Shown here: piece after piece, positions 50,705 through 60,661 of the stretch
How the letters are laid out: each line of letters begins with the position of its first letter
Position numbering within the stretch: the stretch's first letter is position 1
DNA from: Candidatus Heimdallarchaeota archaeon
GTDB taxonomy: Archaea > Asgardarchaeota > Heimdallarchaeia > Heimdallarchaeales > Heimdallarchaeaceae
NCBI GenBank assembly: GCA_019057375.1
Contig: DXJF01000148.1
Span: 1-64,000, forward strand
DNA length: 64,000 nucleotides
Reading direction: 5' to 3'
The notes under the pieces: model-generated
Databases searched by the model: none
What the model was told of the DNA's origin: nothing
The model's input: the letters and a program-made list of their open reading frames with translations, nothing else
Made by a program: the position numbers and the translations under genes

Positions 50705-51738
50705 CCAAAAAATGCGTCAAGACTTTTCTGCTTCAAAGCAATTTCTTGTCCTTTCTTTGCTCTTTGGAGCGTATTAATCACTCTTTCTTTTGCAAATCCG
50801 CGCTCTTCACAGAGAAACTCAACTGTTCCTTCAACATCTATCGATTTGAATTTTAGATTAACATCCTCAACTAGTGGAGGATTAAGGAAAATATCTCTTA
50901 TTGCTTCATAATCAGCATCAAACTCTATTTTGGTTTCATTTTCCAGAACAGTTTCCAAGTTTCCATGTTGTTTAATATATTTGTAAGCTGTTTTGGGACC
51001 AACTCCTTTGACACCATCTGGATTGAAGTCTGTACCAATTAAAATGGATAAATCAATAAGCTGTTCTCTTGTGATTTCAAGAGCTTGAAGTAAATCTCTT
51101 TGATTGTAGAGTTCAACATTAATGGTAGTGAACCTATTCGATCGAGGAAGTTTTCTTCTTCCAGATAAAGTTAGGTTCCTTATCAATAGAGGAGAACCGA
51201 AAAGTAAACTGTCATAGTCCTGAGATGCGACAGCATAAACTTTGTTTTTTCTTACTAAATAAGCAGCTTGTGATTCACCTTCTTGAGGTGATTCAACTAC
51301 AGGAATCCCCATCAAGGATAAAAGTTTCTTACTATCCTCAACCATAGGTTTTGTAAGTTTACTAGTTCTTTGAGCCACTGTACGAGCTCTTTCCATATCG
51401 CCTCTTTCCAACGCTTCTTCAAGTTCTTCTCTAGCTTTTTGTTTTACTGCAGCTCTTCTTTGAATTTCCTCTCTCTTTAGTTGGGATGGTTTTCCATCAA
51501 AAACATAAACTAGCTGAATTCCTTTTTCAATCAATCTTGCATTTCTGTATAACAGACCAGATAGATGACTAGTTACCACTCCTTCTGAATCTGTTAATAG
51601 ACCTCCATCATATCCGCGTATAGAAGCTAGAAACTGGTAGATTATATTGAATGCATCCACGGCTAACTTCTTTTGTCTCAGTTGGTCTAAATCGATGGGG
51701 GTTCCTTGAAAAAGATCGCTTATTTTTTTGACGCCCAT
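50701..51738 (-). CDS. fen: Flap endonuclease-1
   Basis: MGV, LAVDAFNIIYQFL, VFDG, EGESQAA, SQDYDSLLFG, GTDF, GVGPK, C-terminal PIP-like QKSLDAFF. Confidence 0.96.
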   Translation of the reverse strand: MGVKKISDLFQGTPIDLDQLRQKKLAVDAFNIIYQFLASIRGYDGGLLTDSEGVVTSHLSGLLYRNARLIEKGIQLVYVFDGKPSQLKREEIQRRAAVKQKAREELEEALERGDMERARTVAQRTSKLTKPMVEDSKKLLSLMGIPVVESPQEGESQAAYLVRKNKVYAVASQDYDSLLFGSPLLIRNLTLSGRRKLPRSNRFTTINVELYNQRDLLQALEITREQLIDLSILIGTDFNPDGVKGVGPKTAYKYIKQHGNLETVLENETKIEFDADYEAIRDIFLNPPLVEDVNLKFKSIDVEGTVEFLCEERGFAKERVINTLQRAKKGQEIALKQKSLDAFFG

Positions 51739-51801
51739 AAGTGTTCACCTAGCATGTTAATTTCTATATTTTAGTTAAAAAACTTGCCTAAAAGAAGAAA
51801 A

Positions 51802-52500
51802 TTAGCCATATTTCCCTGTTAAGGGTACAAATGCAACTCCACCCATTTTTTTCTCTGAGTATTTGTCTTCAGATTCTCTTTTTATAATAACCAGTTCTTG
51901 ATAAAACATTCTTCCTAGAGGTAAAACAAGGATTCCACCTACTTTCAGCTGTTCTAACAAAGGTGGAGGTACTCTTTTACTAGCTGCTGCAACAGAGATA
52001 ATATCATAAGGAGCTTCCTCGGGATAACCCATTCCACCGTCTGATTGAATGATTGTTACGAAATCAGAATAACCTGTTGTAATTATATTCTTTTTAGCAA
52101 ACTCTGCAAGTTCAGGAATTATCTCACTAGCATAAACATGACCTGGATTAGGAGAATTTTTTGGAGCTACCATTTCGGCGAACATAGCAGCATTGTATCC
52201 ACTTCCAGCCCCAACTTCAAGGACTTTATCCCCTACTTTTGGATCAGTACATTTAGGAGAAATGTAAATCATAACCATGTGGATTGCGCTAATTGTTTGT
52301 CCTGAGAGAATAGGTAGGGGTGTGTCCACATAAGCTCTGTCTCTATGTTTTTCTAATACAAATTCTTCCCGGGGAACATTCAGGAAAGCATCAATCATCC
52401 TATTTGAAAAAGAAATATCGTGAAAGCGAAGTTTAGAGAGGACCTTTTTCTTCTCTTCGATTATGTTTTTATCAACTGTCATTAGAAACAACATGAGCAA
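51802..52500 (-). CDS. pcm: Protein-L-isoaspartate O-methyltransferase
   Basis: VPREEFV, AYVDTPL, GQTISAIHM, VLEVGAGSGY, APYDII, LKVGGILVLP, FVPL. Confidence 0.93.
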   Translation of the reverse strand: MLMLFLMTVDKNIIEEKKKVLSKLRFHDISFSNRMIDAFLNVPREEFVLEKHRDRAYVDTPLPILSGQTISAIHMVMIYISPKCTDPKVGDKVLEVGAGSGYNAAMFAEMVAPKNSPNPGHVYASEIIPELAEFAKKNIITTGYSDFVTIIQSDGGMGYPEEAPYDIISVAAASKRVPPPLLEQLKVGGILVLPLGRMFYQELVIIKRESEDKYSEKKMGGVAFVPLTGKYG

Positions 52501-52717
52501 TGATTCGACTAATTTCTAGAAATTTTTAACCTTAATGTATATTTTGGTGAACTGATATTTTTAACATTCAAAAACTATAAGAACTAACTTGAAAAACATT
52601 TTTTGATGTTGAAAACTATCATAAGTTTTTAAAAATGATTTATAATACGTATATAACAGTAATAATATCTTGAAAGAAGATTAATTAAATTGGTACAGAA
52701 TTAAAGGAGAATATCGA

Positions 52718-53017
52718 ATGATATCACAAAAACAATTTGAAGAGACTTTAAAATCCTTAGAGTCGCATCCGGGAGTAAGAGGGGTAATAATTACTAGTAA
52801 TGATGGACTGCCAATTTCCAGCACAGAAAATCTTAGCATGGAAATGAGAGAAAATGTGTCAGCTCTAGTTGCATCACTTGTAGGTAGGGCAAAGGCAGTT
52901 GTTACTGAGCTAAATGAAGGAGAATTGAATTTCTTCACCCTAGATACAAGTCAAGGGGAGATTCTAGTAGCTCCTGAAAATGATTATGTTCTAATTGTAT
53001 TGAGAGAAAAAAGTTAA
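52718..53017 (+). CDS. Roadblock/LC7 (MglB-like) protein
   Basis: [15 protein letters not shown]...VSALVASL...GEILV...YVLIVL roadblock pattern; precedes the MglA-like GTPase. Confidence 0.88.
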   Translation: MISQKQFEETLKSLESHPGVRGVIITSNDGLPISSTENLSMEMRENVSALVASLVGRAKAVVTELNEGELNFFTLDTSQGEILVAPENDYVLIVLREKS

Positions 53018-53065
53018 GAAGGCCATAAAACACGGAGACATTATTGAAAAGTTGATGAGGAAAAT

Positions 53066-53632
53066 ATGAGAAAAGACGCATCAGGAAAAATGCACTTTAA
53101 GTTGGTCTTTGTAGGACCAAGCTTAGCTGGCAAGACTACACTACTGAAGAAACTTCACACCGATGTTACTGGAATAAAGAAGGGGGGATTGAATAGTATA
53201 GAAGATCCTTCCGGAAGAACTATCTATTTTGATTTCAGTCCTTTTATGGCAACATCTTCAGTAATATTAGACATATACACAGTAGCAGGACAAAGAAGAC
53301 ATAGACATCAAAGGTCTCTGGTGTTAAAGGGAGTGGATGGATTACTATTTGTTGCAGACTCATCCCGAGCAATGCTAGCTGATAATGTAGAATCTGCTGA
53401 GGAATTGAAAAACGAACTGGGAGACAAAATTGGAACAGAAACTCCCATTGTTATAGCACTTAACAAGAGAGATGCGCCTGATGCTATGCCAAAAAAGGAA
53501 TTAGTAGATGCTCTTAATTTGGGAGCAAATATACCTGTTTATGAAACAATAGCCATTGAAGGTATTGGAGTAAAAAGGGCATTTCAATCTCTATCTAGAG
53601 AAGTTCTTCTCAAAAAATTATACGCGGTTTAA
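53066..53632 (+). CDS. MglA-like small GTPase
   Basis: KLVFVGPSLAGKTT, GRTIYFDF, YTVAGQ, VLKGVDGLLFVADS, LNKRD, ETIAIEGIGV. Confidence 0.88.
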   Translation: MRKDASGKMHFKLVFVGPSLAGKTTLLKKLHTDVTGIKKGGLNSIEDPSGRTIYFDFSPFMATSSVILDIYTVAGQRRHRHQRSLVLKGVDGLLFVADSSRAMLADNVESAEELKNELGDKIGTETPIVIALNKRDAPDAMPKKELVDALNLGANIPVYETIAIEGIGVKRAFQSLSREVLLKKLYAV

Positions 53633-53658
53633 TCAAAAAAGGGAGAGGATATTTCTAC

Positions 53659-54375
53659 TTATTGTTTACCTGGCAACAAGAGGATATGATCAATATTTGA
53701 GGTTTCATCTTGGTCAATAATGAAACGTACTGCTTTTGCAACATCTTCAACTGCTAACATTTTAGTCCTATCGACTTCTTTTCCATCAAACCAAGGAGTG
53801 TCAACTGAACCAGGGTTAATAGTAGCTGCTTTTACTCCAGTACCTTTTAGTTCATCTCTTAAACACCAAACCATAGCTTGTACAGCATGTTTAGTTCCAG
53901 CATAAAGACTACATCTAGCTCCCGTTTTCATCCCCAAATTGGATGAAGTTACAATTACATGACCACTATTTTGTTTCTTTAATAGGGGTAAAACTTTGTT
54001 AATCCAAAGGAAAACTCCTCGAACATTTGTATTAAACTGAGCATCATATTGCTCAATTGTTAAATCTTCTAGATTCCCAAAATAACCAACACCTGCATTA
54101 GCAAATAGAACATCAACTCCACCCAATTTCTTTTTGACATCTTGAAAATGACTTTCCACATCAGCTTCAATACCCACATCCCCCACACCATAATGAGCAT
54201 CACACCCTAGTGATTTCAATTTGCTACAAATTTGCTGAAGGCCTTCTTCATTACGTCCAGTCAGATAAAAACGATGATCATTTTTTGCCATTTCTAAAGC
54301 AGCCGATTTACCAATTCCACTAGAACCTCCTGTGATGACTATTCTCAAAGGAGGTTTTTCGCTATCAATTTCCAT
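53659..54375 (-). CDS. Short-chain dehydrogenase/reductase
   Basis: ITGGSSGIG, ANAG, YAGTK, NPGSVDT. Confidence 0.92.
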   Translation of the reverse strand: MEIDSEKPPLRIVITGGSSGIGKSAALEMAKNDHRFYLTGRNEEGLQQICSKLKSLGCDAHYGVGDVGIEADVESHFQDVKKKLGGVDVLFANAGVGYFGNLEDLTIEQYDAQFNTNVRGVFLWINKVLPLLKKQNSGHVIVTSSNLGMKTGARCSLYAGTKHAVQAMVWCLRDELKGTGVKAATINPGSVDTPWFDGKEVDRTKMLAVEDVAKAVRFIIDQDETSNIDHILLLPGKQ

Positions 54376-54507
54376 GTTTCTGAATCTGAGAGCTCCTTAA
54401 TATCTTTTTATGTAAATAATCTTGACTAGTTCTTTCCTAGTTCATCCAAGAGAAATATGCTTGTTTTAATTCCATTGAAGAACCCTTCAACCATGACACA
54501 GACATAT

Positions 54508-55281
54508 TCACCTCTTTGTCTCATTGGATTTCAATTCTGTTAAAATTAACTCTCTCTCTGTATATTCGGAAGCATTAGGGTCATGTGAAGCTATTACAAG
54601 GGTTGTATTATAGATTTGACACATATGAGATAAATGTGTATAAACTATTTCTGCTGTCTCTACATCAATATTACCTGTTGGTTCATCAGCCAATACTATG
54701 GGTGGGTTATTTGCTAGAGCTATTGCTATAGCAACTCGTTGTTGCTCTCCCCCACTCAAGAATTCAGGTTTTTGCTCGAGATATCTACTAATTTCCAAAA
54801 AACCTACAAGTTCTTCTATACGTTTTTCTCTCTCTTCTTGTTGTTTATTTGTTAATAACATAGGAAATTCTATGTTCTCTTTAACAGTTAAGAACTGCGC
54901 AAGATTGTAAGATTGATAGATTAAACCTACAGTTTTACATCTGTAATCAGCTAGTTGATTTTCGTTATACTGAAGAATATCTTGATTGTCTACAAGAATC
55001 TTACCTTCAGTAGGTCGAAGTATTCCTGCAATACAGTGTAGTAATGTTGTTTTGCCAATGCCTGATTTTCCTCTAATAACCAAGCGTTCTCCTTTTTTGA
55101 CGGAAAGATTAACACCTGCTAAAGCTGTAGTTTCGATCTTACCCTTGTAGATATGAACTAAGTCAGAAATTTCAATAATAGTACTTTTCCTTCTACTCAT
55201 ACTTCTCTCTCCTGAATTACTATATTTGTTGAGTTTTTTTTCATATAATACCTCCTTCATCCTTGAAAACTGTGAAGACAA
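54508..55281 (-). CDS. ABC transporter ATP-binding protein (LolD/MacB-like)
   Basis: [29 protein letters not shown]. Confidence 0.93.
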   Translation of the reverse strand: MSSQFSRMKEVLYEKKLNKYSNSGERSMSRRKSTIIEISDLVHIYKGKIETTALAGVNLSVKKGERLVIRGKSGIGKTTLLHCIAGILRPTEGKILVDNQDILQYNENQLADYRCKTVGLIYQSYNLAQFLTVKENIEFPMLLTNKQQEEREKRIEELVGFLEISRYLEQKPEFLSGGEQQRVAIAIALANNPPIVLADEPTGNIDVETAEIVYTHLSHMCQIYNTTLVIASHDPNASEYTERELILTELKSNETKR

Positions 55282-57943
55282 TTCTATCTATTGTGGGTAT
55301 TTGTTGCTGTAGTTTCTTATAAGAAATTATACCTGCTAGAAACAATGCACAACACAAAAGAGTTATTTGACCTATAAACAAAATAAAAGAATATGGGAAA
55401 ATAGCAACGGGTATTCTCAGATAGTATTCAGGTTGTATAGTTGTAAGTACAATTGACAGTAGAGATACACCTAATACAAATCCAAATATTATGTAGCCTA
55501 AAGTGAATAGAAAAACTGGAAGAACTGAATAAATGATACCTTTCTTTATAGATAAACCTCGGGCTAAGAAAGTTCGAAAATTATGAATTTGAAATTTAAT
55601 GACATCCATATAGAAACCAAAAAAGAAAACAATTAAACTAATCATTAAAACTGTAAAAAGAGATAAAATTAGTGTCTGTAAAACAGAAGGCAACCAATAA
55701 TCATCTGTAAAAAGGATTTTATCATCTAGTTTAAAAACTTCAATTCCCAGATTCAGTTCTCTATTAAGGGTTAGTATTTTCTCCTCAAAAACTTGAATCG
55801 AAATAGTGTCTTTCAACCAAAGAATTTGGTAAATTGAGTATATCTCTAATTCTGTTCGATTTTGAGTAATCTGTTTGTTCAAAAGTGCAAAAGGTTTTTC
55901 TTGTGAAATTCCTGAAAAAAATGGTACAAACTCTACAATATCTAATATTGTAATATTATACAAATCTTCTGGATAAACCCATGGATCAACTATTATTGGC
56001 AGTGGAAGTTCTGTTGTTTCACCAAGTTGAATAGTAGCTTGATCAGCATAAGCACGATTAATTATTGACAGGTTCCAATCCGTATTTAAATCTGTAACCA
56101 ACTGAGTAGGTTCATAAGAGCCTGAGTATTTCTTTTTGACAATATCAGAATTGAAAAGTTGTGCTATCGTGCTACTATTCAGGAGAAAAACTTTCAATCC
56201 ACTAGCAATACTTGTATTAACATCAATTACAAAATCCAGCGGAGATACAACATATTCAATTTCAAGATATTGTTCAACAAAATTAGCTAACTGAGTTTTA
56301 ACCAATTCTGCATTTTCTTCAGGATAATTTATAATTATTTCACCAATTGCATTATTTTGTTGATTGATGTAATTGTAATGGTTGATTGTATCTACACCTA
56401 CTACAAAAAAGGAACATATAAAACCAAATAGGATTAACATCTGAATTACCAGAGAATTAACTCTAATTACTTTCTTTGATACTTTTAGAGTATGTTTGCT
56501 TATAGAAGAGAGATTGTTCAAAAGTAAAATGAATTTTTCTCCTATCCATATAATTGTTCTTTTTGAGATTACAAGAAGCAAGATTAAGACAATAACCAAG
56601 GTATAAATATAGAAAAAAATTGCACTCTTTTCAACTTCCTCTATACTGGTAAAAAGGTAAAGGTATAAGGATACTGCTAAAGCTATGCAAAGAATAATCC
56701 ATTGTAACCCGTTTTTAAATGCAAAGATTATCTTATTAAAAAAATATTTCTCCTTCTTCTCATTCCTTCTGTAAATAATTGATAGTCTATCAGCTGATAC
56801 TACGAATTGTATTGAACAATAAATGATTGCTGTTATACAATTTACCAACAGATTCAATGCATGATTATAAGCAAAAGCTAACAATTTTGGTTGTAAAACG
56901 CCCATAATAAGAGTTGATACTAAAAATCCAACAAACAGGATATAAACTGCTAATTTAGATTCAAGTTTTAAGAAATCATAAAGAAAATCAGATTTTTTGC
57001 TACCTCTCAAATAGTAAAATTCTATTTTTTCTTTCTGAGAACTGAAAAATCCTCGAGAAGTATTAGTGATGACAACAACACTCAAACCAAAGCTAATTAT
57101 ATAAAACACTGCAACACGAGACCAAGTATACTCTTTGAAGTTGTTTTTGAAATTGGAAAGCTGCCATTCCAGAGAACTAGTTCTTAAGTTACTCTCATAT
57201 CTATTAGTGCTATTAAATGTATAATCAAAGTAAGAATCTAGCTCAATCCTTCTCTCAACCAAGAAATCGTCTAGTTTGTGAGGTAAATATGAACTAATAA
57301 TAGCTTCTGAAAATTCGAATAAAAGAAGATACTGAATGGTGAGATTTTCAAAAAAATCTCCAAACAATTCATCAAAAGTTTCTGATGAGAGAAACAAGTA
57401 TTTTTCCCCTTCTGATCTGGACCAACTTCGTGAAACCACTCTACTAGTTAAGACATCTTCAATATCAACAAAATTCCCCACTTGGGTTGATATTGTTATA
57501 TTGTTACTAGCATAACTGAAGTTCAAAGAAAAATCGTGATTTACTTCAATATTCTCCAATATCGAGAGTGATTCATCCATCAGAATTTCATTTTCTTCAA
57601 TAGCTACCTTGCTATGCTCTAAATAATATTCTTCTGGTGCCCAAAAAACCACAGAGTCATAGATACTTGAATTAATCACTAATTCACACCTTAAACGCCC
57701 AATATACACGGCAGATTCTAGTTTGAACTGGTTGAGAAATGTGTTCATATCAAAATCAGGATCAAGTAGGCTTAGTTCATCTTCAATTAAAAAAGAATAA
57801 TCAGGAAAAGTTTCTGACCTAAGAATATTAAAATGTTGATGATAATTATTGAAATGACTTGAATAAACAATATAGATAGTAACGCTTGAAAATAGAAGAG
57901 GTAAGAACAAAAGAACTGATATCTTTAATTTATTCCACTTCAT
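55241..57943 (-). CDS. ABC exporter permease (FtsX/MacB-like, duplicated architecture)
   Basis: Two large extracellular domains each followed by TM bundles; 'YYLRG' and 'FLARG' FtsX-like motifs; overlaps the ATPase gene. Confidence 0.78.
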   Translation of the reverse strand: MKWNKLKISVLLFLPLLFSSVTIYIVYSSHFNNYHQHFNILRSETFPDYSFLIEDELSLLDPDFDMNTFLNQFKLESAVYIGRLRCELVINSSIYDSVVFWAPEEYYLEHSKVAIEENEILMDESLSILENIEVNHDFSLNFSYASNNITISTQVGNFVDIEDVLTSRVVSRSWSRSEGEKYLFLSSETFDELFGDFFENLTIQYLLLFEFSEAIISSYLPHKLDDFLVERRIELDSYFDYTFNSTNRYESNLRTSSLEWQLSNFKNNFKEYTWSRVAVFYIISFGLSVVVITNTSRGFFSSQKEKIEFYYLRGSKKSDFLYDFLKLESKLAVYILFVGFLVSTLIMGVLQPKLLAFAYNHALNLLVNCITAIIYCSIQFVVSADRLSIIYRRNEKKEKYFFNKIIFAFKNGLQWIILCIALAVSLYLYLFTSIEEVEKSAIFFYIYTLVIVLILLLVISKRTIIWIGEKFILLLNNLSSISKHTLKVSKKVIRVNSLVIQMLILFGFICSFFVVGVDTINHYNYINQQNNAIGEIIINYPEENAELVKTQLANFVEQYLEIEYVVSPLDFVIDVNTSIASGLKVFLLNSSTIAQLFNSDIVKKKYSGSYEPTQLVTDLNTDWNLSIINRAYADQATIQLGETTELPLPIIVDPWVYPEDLYNITILDIVEFVPFFSGISQEKPFALLNKQITQNRTELEIYSIYQILWLKDTISIQVFEEKILTLNRELNLGIEVFKLDDKILFTDDYWLPSVLQTLILSLFTVLMISLIVFFFGFYMDVIKFQIHNFRTFLARGLSIKKGIIYSVLPVFLFTLGYIIFGFVLGVSLLSIVLTTIQPEYYLRIPVAIFPYSFILFIGQITLLCCALFLAGIISYKKLQQQIPTIDRIVFTVFKDEGGII

Positions 57944-58071
57944 TATCTCAAATCCTTAATTGTTAAATCAATACTTGAAGTTTTCTCAGTTTAATTAGTT
58001 TTTTTTAAAATTTTATCATATTAAAAAAATAAATTTATGATTTGACTAATCAAACCATAAAGTATTAATTT

Positions 58072-58263
58072 CTAAATTGAGTAGTAGAGTGATATCCACA
58101 ATATTAATCCATTAGATATTTCCAAAGTTGGAGTCTTTTTCTTAGGATCATCATCCCATTGAAAGCGCAGATAATCAGTATTAGTAGTAAATCCCCAAGG
58201 TATAAACTCTTGTACGTACCAACTCCAAATCCACTCATCATATGCGTAGGTTGATGATGTCAA
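58072..58263 (-). pseudogene. Short Trp/Tyr-rich ORF, possible remnant of an extracellular protein gene
   Basis: Non-random sequence (YAYDEWIWSWYVQEFIPWGF) with a TTG start and no leader; lies between the M20 gene and the permease. Confidence 0.3.
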
Positions 58264-58295
58264 AAAATTCTACTAGTACTTTTTGATACTATTCT

Positions 58296-59717
58296 TCAAC
58301 CTCTTTCTCCTCCCTTCCTTCTTTTCCCTAGTTCTTCTAAAAGATATATGCTCGTTTTTATTCCTTTGAAGAACCAATCTACCATCATGTTTTCATTAGG
58401 AGCGTGGTTATCCTCATCTGGTTGAGCATAGGGAATAATATACATTGGTTTCTCGGTTGCTTTGTATAAGGAATATAAAGGTAAGCTTCCACCAGCCAGA
58501 GGAATCAGTAATGGTTTTTCTCCAAATCCTTTCTGAATAGAACACTCAAGAATTTCTGTCCAAGGAAGTTCAATTGGTGTAAACATGGGATAAAAACTTG
58601 TTTCAGATTTGAAGGAACATCTCTCAAGTATCTTCTTGTACTGATCATTTGTTCTCTTCAATTTTTCAATATGGTTAAAGAATAATTGTTTAATCTTATC
58701 AGGTTCTTGATTTGGTACAAGTCTGATGTCTATCTCTACGTAGGCTTCCTTGGGTATAACTGTTCTAGCTTTTTCCTTAACACTTCCAGAACTAAAACCA
58801 CGAATGTTAAATGTAGGTCTAAACATTAAACGATGAACAAGTGGTTGATCTTGTTCTTCTCCGAAATAAGAAATTCCTAACTGATCCAGATATATCTCAG
58901 GATTACGATTGAGATTCTCTACTGCTTCTAAAGCGGCTTCACTAGGAGTAAAAACGTCATTATAAAAACCATCAATCAAACATTTACCTGTGTCATCTTT
59001 CATAGTTTTAAGGATTGTAATTAAATCCCAAACAGGATTTGGTTGGATTCCGCCAAAATTTCCAGAATGTACATCTCCTTTGGCAGTCTGTAAATGAAGC
59101 TGAATAGTCACTATTCCTCTAGCACCGAACTCAAGAGTTGGTTTCCAGGTAGGATCAGCAGGTCCATCAGATACAATAACTAAATCAATATTGCTGAAGA
59201 ATTCCTTTTCTATTGAAATTGCTTCATCTAGATGAACAGAGCCCAATTCTTCTTCACCATCCAAAATGAGTTTAACATGTGTACACAATTGGTTTGATTT
59301 TATCATACACTCAATAGCAGCTATATGTGCAAAAAACTGTCCCTTGTTATCTCCAACACCTCTTGCATAGATTCTACCTTCTCTAATTTCAGGTTCAAAA
59401 GGAGGAGAAAACCATTTGTCTAATGGATCAGGGGGTTGAACATCATAATGTCCATAAAATAGAATAGTTGTTGGTGCCTTCGCAGAGATTTCACTGATTT
59501 GAGGATTCCATTCAGCAATAATAACAGGATTACCTTGAGTAGGAATCTGTTGTACAAGATCTGCAGTTTGTTTTAATCTCTTCTCAAGCCAATTTGCAGC
59601 TTCTTGAACTGATTTGTTATCTCGAGTAACACTTGGGATTCTTATTAAATCGAATAAATCTTCCAAAAAGGAATTCTGAAATTTGTCTAAATATTCTAAC
59701 GATTTCACTTTATTCAC
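58296..59717 (-). CDS. M20/M25/M40 family metallopeptidase (dipeptidase/ArgE-like)
   Basis: YGHYDVQP, YARGVGDNKG, GEEE, VHSG, HAPNE. Confidence 0.92.
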   Translation of the reverse strand: MNKVKSLEYLDKFQNSFLEDLFDLIRIPSVTRDNKSVQEAANWLEKRLKQTADLVQQIPTQGNPVIIAEWNPQISEISAKAPTTILFYGHYDVQPPDPLDKWFSPPFEPEIREGRIYARGVGDNKGQFFAHIAAIECMIKSNQLCTHVKLILDGEEELGSVHLDEAISIEKEFFSNIDLVIVSDGPADPTWKPTLEFGARGIVTIQLHLQTAKGDVHSGNFGGIQPNPVWDLITILKTMKDDTGKCLIDGFYNDVFTPSEAALEAVENLNRNPEIYLDQLGISYFGEEQDQPLVHRLMFRPTFNIRGFSSGSVKEKARTVIPKEAYVEIDIRLVPNQEPDKIKQLFFNHIEKLKRTNDQYKKILERCSFKSETSFYPMFTPIELPWTEILECSIQKGFGEKPLLIPLAGGSLPLYSLYKATEKPMYIIPYAQPDEDNHAPNENMMVDWFFKGIKTSIYLLEELGKRRKGGERG

Positions 59718-59788
59718 TTACTGAAACTATAGTTCTCTTGTATCAATTAAGAGGGAAGTATAAATCTTTCTGTACAGTTCTTATGAGA

Positions 59789-60262
59789 CTATTTAGCTGG
59801 AGTTTCAATTTTCTTTCCTAGCCAGAAGAACAGGGCAGCTAATCCTCCCGCAAAGATTCCAGCATAAAAACCTGAATCAAACCACCATTCGGCATGACTA
59901 ACAGATATAGCGAAAATTATCCCAGATACAACTGTAAGAATTACAATTCCTATAGCTGTCCAAAAGCCTGTTTTTTCAATTTTTACTTCTCTTTCAGCTG
60001 ACATAGTAATTACAGGATAAATTTTTTGTAAAGCTACATATGCAGTAAATAGAAAACCGAGAACAATTGGAACATGTGCAAATTGTCCCCATGGTGCAGC
60101 TACAGAAGTATCAATTGAGAAGTAATAATAATAACCTATCCACCACCCACCTATACCATCTATTGCAACTAAAATAAGACCAACAATACTAGCAATCATT
60201 GTGCCTACATAAAGAGCTGGTCTTGCATATTCTGGGACTTCCTTTTCTGACGACATAATCAA
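59789..60262 (-). CDS. Four-TM membrane protein
   Basis: Four hydrophobic segments with Trp/Tyr-rich loops. Confidence 0.75.
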   Translation of the reverse strand: MIMSSEKEVPEYARPALYVGTMIASIVGLILVAIDGIGGWWIGYYYYFSIDTSVAAPWGQFAHVPIVLGFLFTAYVALQKIYPVITMSAEREVKIEKTGFWTAIGIVILTVVSGIIFAISVSHAEWWFDSGFYAGIFAGGLAALFFWLGKKIETPAK

Positions 60263-60351
60263 ATACTGCTCCAGACTAGTTTAAAAATTTATTTGGAAGA
60301 CAAAAATATCAAACCTTACTAGACTTTAAGGGGAATAATTTGAGAGTAAAC

Positions 60352-60368
60352 GAAAGTTTTATTAAAAA
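60352..60368 (+). promoter_or_regulatory. BRE/TATA-like element of the tRNA gene
   Basis: GAAAGTTTTATTAAAAA about 25-40 bp upstream of the tRNA 5' end. Confidence 0.45.
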
Positions 60369-60391
60369 ACTGATTGAAAGAAAAACGAAAA

Positions 60392-60489
60392 GGGCCTGTG
60401 GCTCAGTTAGGTAGAGCGTCGGACTCTTAGACAAGGTAACTTGTAGAGCAATCCGTTGGTCGCCGGTTCAAATCCGGCCAGGCTCGCCA
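60392..60489 (+). tRNA. tRNA-Lys(CUU) with a 21-nt intron at 37/38 (60430-60450) and encoded CCA
   Basis: Acceptor GGGCCTG/CAGGCTC, D-arm GCTC/GAGC, anticodon CTT at 60426-60428, T-arm GCCGG-TTCAAAT-CCGGC, bulge-helix-bulge CTCT/AGAG. Confidence 0.95.
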
Positions 60490-60661
60490 CACTTTTCTTC
60501 TACACTTTGATGTTCTGATTGTAAGTGAGTTAGATATGAAAGAAGGATTAAACATACTAGGATAAACAAGACAGCCTTCTTATTGACTTTGATAACATTT
60601 CTCTCCTCTCTTTAATAGTAACAACATATTAAGGAGACTACATATTTAACTTTTAAAAAAT

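Noticed and set aside
60392-60660. Integration at tRNA-Lys
   Set aside because: No second copy of the tRNA 3' end and no integrase were seen in the window; flanking genes look chromosomal.
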